Shown one piece after another: positions 11,973-24,301 of a stretch of DNA of 64,000 bases. Numbering within the stretch: position 1 is the first letter of the stretch; every line of letters begins with the position of its first letter. The translations under genes and the position numbers were made by a program. The DNA is from Lingula anatina (taxonomy: Eukaryota > Animalia > Brachiopoda): positions 21,762,001 to 21,826,000 of the forward strand of contig CM120646.1 of assembly GCA_051362555.1 (NCBI GenBank), read 5' to 3'. The notes under the pieces were generated by a model. That model saw nothing but the letters and a program-made list of their open reading frames with translations. It did no database searches and was not told the origin of the DNA.

Positions 11973-14038
11973 TTAATGTTGACTGGAGGCTTCAAGGAGA
12001 CACAACTTGGCTGCTGGGCGGATCAGTATCAATGGCCCACATCGTTGCGGTTCAGGAAACGACTTGTTGATCACAGTGACTTTCACATTTCTGACGAAAC
12101 GTAGTACCCAAGCTGTAACTCTGACCAGACGGATAAGTCGTGAGTACTTCTTAGGGTTAATTGGCAAATTTTCAGCAGTAATTTCTTGCGTCGTGGCAAC
12201 AATGTGTTTAGGATGCAACACTTGGGGATCATTCAAAGACGTAACTGAAACTGGAATGATTTCTGGCCATTCTGCTTCTGGTTTTTGCAGGAAAACTGGC
12301 CCGGAAATGAAACGATGACCAGGTTTAGCTAAGTCTATAGCTGACACGGGTCGGGTACAATCATCAGCTGGGTTGATGAGAGTTGGAACATATCTCCACC
12401 AATCGGCAGACGTGGCATCAAGGATCTCTTCTTGGCGATTAGCAACGAAACGGCTGAATCGACGAGTTGTGTTTTTGATGTACCCCAGAGTAGACATCGA
12501 GTCAGTCCAAAAAACGGCCTTGGTTACATCAAACTGTAGCTCCTCCTTAAGTTTGAGGTAAATTCTAGCAGCTAGTACAGCTGCCTGTAGCTCAAGTCGT
12601 GGCATCGTCAGCTTCTTCACGGGTGCAATTCTGGTCTTGCTCAGCAAAAAGGCAACGGAAATTGTACCATTGGCGGAAACAATGAGTAAATAGGCAACAG
12701 AACCAAACTAAATTTCGGAGCCGTCACAGAAGATATGGACTTCTACAGTTGGTGCTTCCCATAGGTTTGGTGAGTAGCAGCGTGAAACTCGAATACCCGC
12801 GATGTTTGGAAGGTCAGCTAACCAGGACTGCCACATGCTCAGTAGGTCTTCTGGTAGATTATCATCCCAAGCAAGCGCACGCTTCCAAAGTATCAGCATT
12901 AGTTGCTTGGCAGCAAGGATAAATGGCCCGCACAGCCCACAAGGATCGAAGATGGTAGCAATTGTGCGTATAATACCACGCTTAGTTGCAGGAGGGTTCG
13001 GTTGAAGGGTTCTAAACGTTATGGCGTCCTCATTAGTGTCCCATATGAAGCTGAGTACCCGCTGGGAAGGCATGGCATCCATAGAGAGGTCAAAGTTCTT
13101 GATGGCAACTTCTGATGCAGGGAGGGAGGACAATACATCTCTGGAGTTGGATACCCACTTCGTCAAACGAAATCCATTGGTGGATTTCGTTTGACGAAGT
13201 GGGTATCCAACTAAGGCTCAGTAGATCCACCAACTCAGTAGATCCACCAACTAAGGCTCAGTAGATCCAGATATAAGGCTCAGTAGATCCACCATGGGAT
13301 AAGGATATGGCGAGGTCCACAGATGGTTGACTGGTACATAAATCATCCATGTAGAAGTTCCGCAGTGTAGTTTCAACTGCTAGGGAAGAAAACTTGTCGG
13401 CGTTGTCAGTTGCTGTACAGCGCAAAGCATAGTTGGCACACGTGGGAGACGACGTGTCACCAAATGGATGAACGCACATCTGATACGTGTCAGGCTTTTC
13501 AATGCGTAGATCATCATACCACAGGAAACGTAAACAGTCTCTGTCAGTTTTCAAACACAGTACTCTGTGAAACATGGACTCAATGTCTGCAGATATACCA
13601 ATGGATCACCATCGGAAGTTCAGTAGAACTGCTGTCAAACTGTTGAGGAGGTCTGGACCTGTAAGTAACTTGTCGCTGAACGACGTGCCTGCATATCTGG
13701 CTGCACAGTCTTGAACGACTCTGGTCTTATTCGCGTGTAAACGTCATGATGCGGCAAATACCAGGTGATGGGGCTCTGTGTATGGACTTCACTGTCCGTC
13801 ATCTTTCTGGCATAACCTTTCTCCAGCCATGTGTTGATGATTTCAGAGTAGCTGCGGGATCGCTCTGGATTGATTCTCAACTTGCGGCACAGGAACTGGC
13901 AACGCTTGAGAGCCAATAACGTAGTTTGATGGTAAAACTGTATCTTCGTTTTTCCACAGCATTGGAACCGAGTAACGTCCAGATTTATAGCTGGTTTTCT
14001 GGTCAAGCTGGCTCTGGGCATGTCTGTCATCTACGGTT
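11973..14038 (-). pseudogene. Disrupted pol: RT (NFYMDD), Pao RNase H (HIFCDGSE, PRLELQAA, FWTDS, NPADDCTR), integrase deleted except the last ~17 codons
   Basis: ORF pieces 13635-14030, 13258-13575, 12708-13166 and 11973-12647 separated by frameshifts and stops; ends with the BEL terminal motif RPAAKLCLL. Confidence 0.9.
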
Positions 14039-14041
14039 GCA

Positions 14042-15453
14042 TGAAGACTTTTGCTTGTCACATTTTCTGAATGTCCATGTTACTAATATTTTATTAATAA
14101 CATTTGATTGTCATTATGCTGTTAAACATTATGTAATGTTGCATCAAAATTTGAAGAAACCCCTATTTTGGGCACTGCTCCTATGATGACCATTTAAGGG
14201 AAATCATGTCACTTACTGTTCTCAAACTTACAGGAAAGAAACATGGGTCTAACATACAGCTTCAATAGGCAACGCAGTCTGTTTGGTAAATTTTTCTGGC
14301 AATTTAACAGTTTTTTGTGAAAATTTAATTTTTCACTTACTCTGAAGTATCGAATAAAAGTACTGATGGAATAAAAGTACTGGGTGGAAAAAATCTCAAA
14401 ATTTAATAAAAGTACTGATGGAATAAAAGTACTGGGTGGAAAAAATCTCGAAATTTAATTAAAGTACTGGATGGAATAAAAGTACTGGGTGGAAAAAAAC
14501 CTTTACACCACTCCCCCCCCCCCCCAAAAAAAAAAAAAAAAATGAAATAAATAAATAAAAGTAAAGAAGAAGAAGAGAAAAAAAAAAGATAGCTATTGAT
14601 CATAGTGAAAAAAAAAAAAATCACCAGGTAAAATTCACTCAGTATTATAATTTATCTTAAAAACGGGATATCTAATTTATTTTCAAAAAAAAAAGAAAAA
14701 AATATATATATTTGCCATGAGTTAAATTTCATAATCGTCAGGGGCCGAAGACCCAGATATATTGCACCTAAGCCGCCTCCGAGAGCCATATGATATGGAG
14801 ACGTTATTCATAGTAAATTTATTCTCAGATATAAGGTTCGTTTTGCATACCTGTAAACTCCTAAGGGTTTATCTTACATAGAAATGTGATTTAACATCGT
14901 TTAAATCATAAATCGGCATGAAATAATTGACGTTTGAAAACAGACACAACTTCTTTGCTGCACTTGAAATGACCTCCTTAGCTATAAATATGATCCTATC
15001 ACCTTGCGACATTGCATCATTTGATCGATATACATGAGTAGTTGTCACTGTTGAAGGGAAAGCACGTCTATTTATAGGAACTGAAATCAGGTGACGCATG
15101 TACTGTAGTGTTCAGAGAGCGACTTCCGCTTGACCTACTTTCCAGTGCTGTTTGTAGAACAGTAGGTAATGAGTTGAGATCTCGATTTTCTTCTCATTAT
15201 ACTTCAATTTAAGAAAAAAAAGCGTAACTTGTACTTGTGTAATTTCCCACCGGTACAATGGGTATTTAATAAACATACCGGGTGGAAGATTTTTGAAAAA
15301 TTAATAAGCGTACTGGGTGAAAATGGAGCGTACCGGCGGGAAGAAATTTGGAAAATTAATTAACGTACCGGTACGTTTATTTGATACTTCAGAGTATTTG
15401 CATCTTTATTTTCTGTTCTTTGTCTGTACATTTGACAGCTTTGCTGCCTTGTT
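14042..15453 (+). mobile_element. HINE-1 3'-end fragment, inverted near-identical copy of 7665-8019, split by a MITE
   Basis: Shares diagnostic variants (GACTGCGTTGCCTATTGAAGCTGTATGTTAGACC) with 7782-7815; ends GCTGCCTTGTT. Confidence 0.8.
14340..15394. mobile_element. Non-autonomous TIR element with TA duplication (Tc1/mariner-pogo type)
   Basis: TA|CTCTGAAGTATCGAATAAA ... TTTATTTGATACTTCAGAG|TA; subterminal AATAAAAGTACTG repeats; empty site GATGCAAATAAGTG present at ~7714-7727. Confidence 0.85.
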
Positions 15454-16704
15454 TTCAAGGTCAAACAGGCCAAAATTTTCTAAAAATTGGGAATTTTTTG
15501 CAAAAATACTTTTATTTGTGCCGAATTTCAGAAACTACACAGAGTTTAGCACTCATATTATAGTGAGGGGATGCAATTGGGGACTTTTTTCATCTTTGGG
15601 AGTTTGGGGTCAATCGGTGCATTTTCATGGGAGCAATGGCCATAAGATGCCTGAAAACTCTCCCTAATTCTGGAATCGTAATTGCTAGAAACCTCTTGTT
15701 TTTTGCATTATGTAGAGCTTGTCAAGTGCAATACTGGAAGTGGTGTCCATTTTTTTTGTTTGCAATATGTTCAAGAAGTTGCACTATATCAAAAAGCACA
15801 ACTGAGCAATATTCAGTGGTGAAAATAAAATGTGAAATACTCCAAAAGTAGCTGAGATACACCCATAGTTACTATTGAACTTGAATAGGAAGTCATATAC
15901 TGGCAATCTGTGACCTTGAAATTGACCTTTGACCTACTTTTCACCATGAACTGAACTTTGCAATTTTTCCATCCCTTATATCTCCAAAACTAGCAGATAT
16001 AAACCCATAGTTACTATTGAACTTGAATAGGAAGCCATACACTGGCAATCTGTGACCTTGAAATTGACTTTTGACCTACTTTTCACCATGAACTGAACTT
16101 TGCAATTTTTCCATCCCTTATATTACCAAAACTAGCAGAGATACACCCATAGTTACTATTGAACTTGAATGGGAAGTCACATACTGACAATCTAACTGTG
16201 ACCTTAAAATTGACCTTTGACCTACTTTTCACCATGCACTGAACTTTGCAATTTTTCCATCCCATTTCATCTCCGATACTGACAGAAATACACGCATGGT
16301 TACTTTTGAACTTGAATAGGAAGTCCTATGCTGGACATCTAACTGTCACATTTAAATTGACCTTTGACCTTCTTTTCACCATGCACTTATATTTCCAAAA
16401 CAGGCAGAGATAGGCCTATTTTTCTTACAATATATATGCAACACTGATAATGCATTTTAAAGAAAACTGACAAGCCTATTGTCTTGAAAATCGGCTTGAT
16501 CAGACCATTTTTATAAAAGTTGTGCTGTTTTTTATTTTGGGGGAGGGGGCATATTTCTTGTCTTGTTTATTGCATTTTGAAGAGCTTGTCAAACACAACA
16601 CTGGTAGTTGTTCCTGTTTGTTTTTGGTTTTCCATTCGAATGTGCTTACTCCAGCTGGTGGTACAATATCCGGAGGCTGTATCGCCTCTCTGATCCTCTA
16701 GTTT
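15454..16704 (+). mobile_element. HINE-2 partial copy with degenerate ~146-bp units
   Basis: Ends GCTGGTGGTAC (subTIR), hairpin GAGGC...GCCTC, then CTAGTTT. Confidence 0.75.
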
Positions 16705-16858
16705 CTTTTGGATTCTGGTGTCTAGTGTTGTCTGGTTTCATAAAGTAATCAGGGTTCTGCCCAGAGCGGGATATTGTCGCCCAAAAATTGAAAATGTCGC
16801 CAAAAAATTCCTAGAGATGCGCCCTGGGGTGCACTCGTAAAAGGAGAACGAAGAATCA

Positions 16859-19800
16859 AACTAGAGGATCAGAGAGGCGATACCGCCTCCGAATATTGTA
16901 CCACCAGCTGGAGCAAGCGCATTCGTATAGACCCCCACATATACAAAATAAGGAACACAGCCACCAGTCTTGTGCTTGACAAGCTGTAAAAATGCAATCA
17001 ACAAGAATTTTCAAAATATGCAAAAAATATATATATTACTAAAAATGGTACAATCAAAGTTAAGTTCATCGTAAGGTAGGTCAAAGGTCAATTCCAAGAT
17101 CACAGTAAATTGCCAGTATATGACTTCCTATTCAACTTCAATAGTAACTATGGGCCTATCTCTGCCAGGTTTGGAGTAAAAAGAGAAAGAAATTAGCAGA
17201 GTTCAGTTCATGATAATAAGTAGGTCAAAGGTCAATTTCAAGGTCACACTTAGATTGCTAGTATATGACTTCCTATTCACGTTCAATAGTAACTATGGAC
17301 CTATCTCTGCCAGTTTTGGAGATAAAGGGGAAGCAAAATATGCAAAGTTCAGTTCATGGTGAAAAGTAGGTCAAAGGTCAATTTTAAGGTCACTTTTAGA
17401 TTGCCAGTATATGACTTCCTATTCAACTTCAATAGAGACTATGGACCTATCTCTGCCAGTTTTGGAGATAAAAGGGAATCAAAATTTGCAAAGTTCAGTT
17501 CATGGTGAAAAGTAGGTCAAAGGTCAATTTTAAGGTCACATTTAGATTGCCAGTATATGTCTTCCTATTCAACTTCAATAGTAACTATGGACCTATCTCT
17601 GCCAGTTTTGGAGATATAAGGGACTAAATGTTATAATTTTGGAGTTACCATAATGTGCCATAAATTTCCTACAGAAAAAATTAATTAAAATAAAGAAAAG
17701 GTCATTTTGGTCAAAATTCTTGAAATGGGAGGTGCTCTGAAGTTCCAGATGTTCAAATTTGATGAAATAATGTCATTTTTGACCACAAGTTGTCTGCTTT
17801 GCCAAGCCTTATGTTTTATTTTTCCGGAGTTCAAAATTTATTATCCATTACCGTACTGCACATTTTGCTTTCACCACCAATATGACTTTTTGATACAGCG
17901 TAACTTTGGAGATAAAAGGGAAGCAAAATTTGCAAAGTTCAGTTCATGGTGAAAAGTAGGTCAAAGGTTAATTTTAAGGTCACATGTAGATTGCCAGTAT
18001 ATGACTTCCTATTCAAGTTCAACAGAGACTATGGGCCTATCTCTACCAGTTTTGGAGATAAAAGGGAAGCAAAATTTGCAAAGTTCAGTTCATGGTGAAA
18101 AGTAGGTCAAAGGTTAATTTTAAGGTCACATGTAGATTGCCAGTATATGACTTCCTATTCAAGTTCAATAGAGACTATGGACCTATCTCTGCCAGTTTTG
18201 GAGATAAAAGGGAATCAAAATTTGCAAAGTTCAGTTCATGGTGAAAAGTAGGTCAAAGGTCAATTTTAAGGTCACACGTAGATTGCCAGTATATGACTTC
18301 CTATTCAAGTTCAATAGAGACTATGGACCTATCTCTGCCAGTTTTGGAGATAAAAGGGAAGCAAAATTTGCAAAGTTCAGTTCATGGTGAAAAGTAGGTC
18401 AAAGGTTAATTTTAAGGTCACATGTAGATTGCCAGTATATGACTTCCTATTCAAGTTCAATAGAAACTATGGACCTATCTCTGCCAGTTTTGGAGATAAA
18501 AGGGAAGCAAAATTTGCAAAGTTCAGTTCATGGTGAAAAGTAGGTCAAAGGTCAATTTTAAGGTCACATGTAGATTGCCAGTATATGACTTCCTATTCAA
18601 CTTCAATAGAAACTATGGACCTATCTCTGCCAGTTTTGGAGATAAAAGGGAAGCAAAATTTGCAAAGTTCAGTTCATGGTGAAAAGTAGGTCAAAGGTCA
18701 ATTTTAAGGTCACATTTAGATTGCCAGTATATGACTTCCTATTCAACTTCAATAGTAACTATGGACCTATCTCTGCCAGTTTTGGAGGTAAAAGGGAAGC
18801 AAAATTTGCAAAGTTCAGTTCATGGTGAAAAGTAGGTCAAAGGTCAATTTTAAGGTCACATGTAGATTGCCAGTATATGACTTCCTATTCAACTTCAATG
18901 GTAACTATGGACCTATCTCTGCCAGTTTTGGAGATATAAGGGACTAAATGTTATAATTTTGGAGTTACCATAATGTGCCATAAATTTCCTACAGAAAAAA
19001 TTAATTAAAATAAAGAAAAGGTCATTTTGGTCAAAATTCTTGAAATGGGAGGTGCTCTGAAGTTCCAGATGTTCAAATTTGATGAAATAATGTCATTTTT
19101 GACCACAAGTTGTCTGCTTTGCCAAGCCTTATGTTTTATTTTTCCGGAGTTCAAAATTTATTATCCATTACCGTACTGCACATTTTGCTTTCACCACCAA
19201 TATGTACTTTTTGATACAGCGTAACTCGAAAACCGTATGGAATACAAAAAAACGGAGACCACCTCCAGTGTTGGGCTTTACATGCTCTACAAAATGCAAA
19301 AAAGAATGGGTGTCTAGCATTAACAGTTCCCGATTTAGAGACAGTTTTCAGTTTCGATATCTTATGGCCGCTAATCCCGTGAAAATGCACCGATTGACCC
19401 CAAATTCACGGAGATGAAAGATGACCTGAAGGGTAACACTTTCCATTAATATTATTAGTTAAGTCTGTGTGGTGTCTGAATAAGAACGCAAATAATTTTT
19501 TTTTCGGCAAAAATTTTGTTTTTTTGAAAATTTTGGCCCGTTTGACCTTGAAATAAAGGTCAAAGGTCAAATCCAAGGGCATATTTGAAATCTACACATA
19601 TGACTTTTGGAAAGCTGTCTGTAGAAATTTTTCCCATAATTCCTTCCGTAGGGGAGATAATTAGCATTTAATTTTGCCATTTTTGGACAAGGGTGCATTG
19701 CAATGAGTGCCACACCTAGACCCCAATACCGACAAAGCCCAAATTTTACGTGGAACGAGTTGAGATTATAGGTGACCTAAATCCAAGAGATGGGTATGGA

Positions 19801-19945
19801 GGCCATTACCGTCTAGGAGGAGAAGCGGTAACGGTGACTTGGCGGCGGAGCCGCAGGAGCCGCAGGAGCCTCAGGAGCCGGCGGAACATACGGGTCGGGA
19901 CTAAAACCATGTGTACCGCCAGCGCCTACGCTGGTGGTACAATAA
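16859..19945 (-). mobile_element. HINE-2 full-length non-autonomous Helentron-type element
   Basis: Minus-strand start TTATTGTACCACCAGCGTAGGCGCTGGCGGTAC (palindrome), GGCTCCTGC microrepeats, central 146-bp array, 3' subTIR plus hairpin plus CTAGTT. Confidence 0.8.
17070..18940. repeat. 146-bp tandem array (4 + 7 units around a ~290-bp spacer that is duplicated at 1320-bp offset)
   Basis: AGGTCAAAGGT at 17222, 17368, 17514, 17958, 18104, 18250, 18396, 18542, 18688, 18834; spacer ORFs at 17707 and 19027 share nearly the same sequence. Confidence 0.95.
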
Positions 19946-20367
19946 ACATACCCAGTATGCTTATAATTTTTCAACAAGGCAGCAAAGCTGTCAAATGTAC
20001 AGACAAAAAACAGAAAATAAAGATGCAAAATAGGTCATTTTGTCAATTTTGATGCAATAATAAATAATGTTTATAATAGCACTGTCAGTCAACACTGAAT
20101 TCTAATCATGCACAACAGGTACCATGGTCAATAACAGGAGCGAACCCAGAGATATTTTCTGATAGTATTCCAAAGTATCTATGTTGATCCATCTCCCATC
20201 TTTATGGTCTTCCAACAGAAAAAAAAATAGATACCAGTCAATATAAACTTAATAACCTGACCGTCTTCTGGAAGACCCAGAAGATGGTCTCAATCCACCC
20301 CTTCAATAAGATTACAGTTTCAGGACCATGAGAGTTCAAATTCACATGATGAAAGTCTCAATTTTTG

Positions 20368-21225
20368 AACAAGGCAGCAAAGCTGTCAAATGTACAGACA
20401 AAAAACAGAAAATAAAGATGCAAAAAAGGTCATTTTGTCAATTTTGATGCAGTAATAAATAATGCATATAATAGCACTGTCAGTCAACACTGAATTTTAA
20501 TCTTGCACAACAGGTAACATGGTCAATAACAGGAGCGGACCCAGAGATATTTTCTGACAGTATTACAAAGTATCTATGTTGATCCATCCTCCATTTTGAT
20601 GGTCTTCCAACAGAAAAAAATAGATACCAGTCAATATAAACTTAATAACCTGACTGTCTTCCGGAAGACCCAGAAGATGGTCTCAATCCACCCCTTCAAT
20701 AAGATTACAGTTTCAGGACCATGAGAGTTGAAATTCACATTATGAAAGTCTCAATATTTGAAAAATGATGACAGTACATAAAACAATATTACATAATGTT
20801 TAAAGACATAAAAAACAATACAACTGCTTATGTAGAAATACAGAAAATGTGCAGAGCCCCAGGCAGATGAGAGCCTGCCTGGGGCTAAAAGTCACAAATG
20901 CAAGTGTTTGAGAAAAAATTATAAAGAAAAACAACAAAACTAGAAAAGCACTTTGAGAGTGCAGACCTCTGCCAAGGCAGCAATTGTTGATTATTATTGA
21001 TAATTGATTGGTTATTGATCAGGACCACCACCAAAAATTAACCATTGTCCTCTTTGGCCTACTTCCAACAGTTCCTGAAAATTTCTGCAAAATCAGTCCA
21101 TAACTTTTTGTGTTATGTGGATGACAGACAAACAGGGGTGAAAATATAACCTCCTTGGCAGAGCTTGAGGTAAATATAATTCCAATGAAGCTGCTATTCA
21201 AACTTTTAATCTTCCAGTTTGATAT

Positions 21226-21272
<47 letters not shown>

Positions 21273-24200
21273 TTATTTGCAATATTAAACAAAATTTACC
21301 TGCATAATTATCACTGCTTCCTTATTATTAATCTAGCAAAGAGCTTTACCTTTGGGAGTTTACAGGGAAATATCAACAAGTGTGCTTTACGTAATCTCAT
21401 TTAATGGCCTATTAAAGCAAATGACTTTATAACTCTGAAATTAATCTAGTGATACCCAAGGGTAATTTACAGACTGACCCACTCAAAGGTCTTCAGGCCC
21501 ATAAGTCACACCTTAAGAAAAGCACAAAACCATAATGCCCAAAATAGGAGAATACCAATCCTGATGCAATAATACATTATGTTTAACTGCACAGTCAACA
21601 TCAACTTATGCACAACAGGTAACACAGACGAAAGTAAAAGCATAAGGCTTCAGGCCCATCAGAGTTCAAGTTTATACTTAGAAAGTGCCAGATTGAGAAA
21701 AATGAAAATTTCACAAAAAATGCATAAATACAATAAACATGATAATCCAATAGAGCTGGTTTTCTCATGAGCTGAAGGCCAATCCTAAAAATCGTACTTG
21801 TAAGTTTAAAATTATAATAAGTAGCACAGTTTTCTTTTCATAATGTTTGCAGTAGCAGTGCAAAAAGATTGTCAATTTTGATGTAACATTACATAATAAA
21901 TTAGAGAATAATTATCACCAATTTTTGTTTATTGACTATAAATAGGATGGACATGTAGAAAATATGATTACCATTTGGCTTCATGTCCATGGGAGCTCCG
22001 AGTCCCACAATGAATATGCCAAAAAAGATAATGAATATAACACTAAAATGTATAACTTCCAGAAAAAGAAGCCAATTAGACTGCTTTTCTAACTCAGGCT
22101 GCATTTTAGTCCTGTGTTTCTTTTTTGAAAGTTTGACAGTCATAAGTAACACGGTTTTTCCATAATGGTCATCAAGGCAGCAGCACCAAAAATTGTGTTT
22201 TCTTCTATTTTGATGCAACATTACATAATGCTTAACAGCATAATGACCATCGATTTTTAATAATAAAATATAAGTGTCATGGATTTTCACAAAATGTGAC
22301 TAGCACGGGTCTTCAAGCCCGTGGAGGTTCTAAGTCGCACCTTGGAAATGCCAATATGTGAAAAATTAAATTTTCACAAAAAACTGTTTAATTGCCAGAA
22401 AAATTTACCAAACAGACTGCATTGCCTACTGAAGCTGTATTTTAGACCCATGTTTCTTTCCTGTAAGTTTGAGAACAGTAATTGACATGATTTTTGTTAA
22501 ATGGTCATCATGGGAGTAGTGCCCAAAATAGGGGTTTCTTCAAATTTTGATGCAACATTACATAATGTTTAACAGCATAATGACCATCAATTTTTAATTA
22601 TAAAATATTAGTATCACGGATATTCAGGAAATGTGACAAGCAAAGGTCTTCAGGATCATGGAACTTCAAAGTCACACCTTGAAAATGCCAATAAGTGAAA
22701 AATTAAATTTTCACAAAAAACTGTTTAATTGCTAGAAAAATTTACCAAACAGACTGCATTGCCTACTGGAGCTGTATTTTAGTCCCATGTTTCTTTCCTG
22801 TAAGTTTGAGAACAGTAAGTGACATGATTTTCCTTAAATGGTCATCATGGGAGCAGTGCCCAAAATAGGAGTTTCTTCAAATTTTCATGCAATATTACAT
22901 AATGTTTTACAGCATAATGACCATCAATTTTTAATTATAAAATATTAGTATCATGGTTATTCAGAAAATGTGACTAGCAAAAGCCTTCAGGCCCATGGAA
23001 CTTCAAAGTCACATATTGAAAATGCCAAAATGTAAACAATACAGCACTGTTCTGAAATGGGTTTATTTCCATTTTTAACACTTTTTAAACATAAAACAAA
23101 ATAAACAGTTTACTGCCATTTTTATATGACCAATGAAGAAAATTGATGAGATGGGAAAAGTATCAATAGAACAGTTTTAAATGCCCAACTTCCTCCATTC
23201 TGAGATTCTGAACATAGTGGATGAATGCATCTGACAAACTGCAATGATATGAGTTTATTTCCATTTTTGACACTTTATTACACAATACATGATAACAAGT
23301 TTACCATCATTTTTACAAAATCAACTAACAATGTTGTAAAGATGCAGGAAATGCCAAACAAACACATTTACGTATCTTATTAGTTCAATAATGAGACTGT
23401 TAACATGCCTAAGAATTGAATGTGAGGAAATGTGAAAAAACAGCATTACCTTTTAAAATAATGGACTGATTATGCTGATTTTCAAACTCAACCTGCGTTT
23501 TAATAAGATTGGCCCCTCCTGTGAGTATAATGACAATTGGCCAATCTGTTTTTCTTATATTGTGTTATCAGTGTTGCATATATACTGAAAAAAGTGAAAA
23601 AAAAAAAGCATAAATTCCCTATAAGTGACCCGATCGTGCTGATTTTCAAACTTGACCTGCGTATTATGAATATTTATCAGTTCTGTAAGTTTCAAGCCAA
23701 AGGGTAAAACAGCTCTTCATTTATTGTGTTATCAGTGTTGCAAAAATGCTGAAAAAAAGGGAAAAAATAGCCTAAATTCACTAAAAATGACCCAATCATG
23801 CTGATTTTCGAACTTGACCTGCGTATTATGAATATTCATCAGTTCTGTAGGTTTCAAGCCAAAAGGTCAAATGGTTTTCCATTTATGGTGTTATCGGTGC
23901 TGCATATATGCTGAAAAAAGAGAAAAAATAGCCTAAATTCACTATAAGTGACCCGATCATGCTGATTTTCGAACTCGACCTGCGTATTATGAATATTCAT
24001 CAGTACTGTAAGTTTCAAGCCAAAAGGTACAATGGTTTTCCACTTATCGTGTTATCGGTGCTGCATATATGTTGAAAAAAGAGAAAAAACAGCATAAATT
24101 CCCTAAGAGTGACCCGATCATGCTGATTTTCGAACTTGACCTGCGTATTATGAATATTCATCAGTTCTGCAAGTTTCAAATCAAAAGGCAAAATGGTTTT

Positions 24201-24301
24201 CCACTTATCGTGTTATCGGTAAAAGTGCACGGCGACGGCGACGGCGACGACAGACGCAGATGATGGCTATATGTACAGACACGTCTGTGTCTGTACATAA
24301 A
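20368..24301 (-). mobile_element. Full-length HINE-1 copy (~3.9 kb) nested in another HINE-1
   Basis: Both termini present; host reads TTTG|AA...AAATGATGACAG across it. Confidence 0.82.
20938..21172 (-). mobile_element. Short HINE-3 element embedded in HINE-1 (also at ~27114-27345, ~31383-31616, ~56832-57072)
   Basis: ACTAGAAAAGCACTTTGAGAGTGCAGACCTCTGCCAAGG ... ACAGACAAAC ... AACCTCCTTGGCAGAG: subTIR CTCTGCCAAGG, terminal hairpin and CTAG end. Confidence 0.72.

Larger units (their letters stand above)
11248..14038 (-). mobile_element. BEL/Pao family B copy, 5'-truncated and degenerate
   Basis: Highly similar to 49077-50845; 3' LTR, PPT GCGAGGGGGTA, broken RT and RNase H frames. Confidence 0.93.

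Noticed and set aside
14869-15099. Conserved 76-aa ORF duplicated at 37608-37838
   Set aside because: Similarity is explained by two copies of one non-autonomous element; no domain motifs
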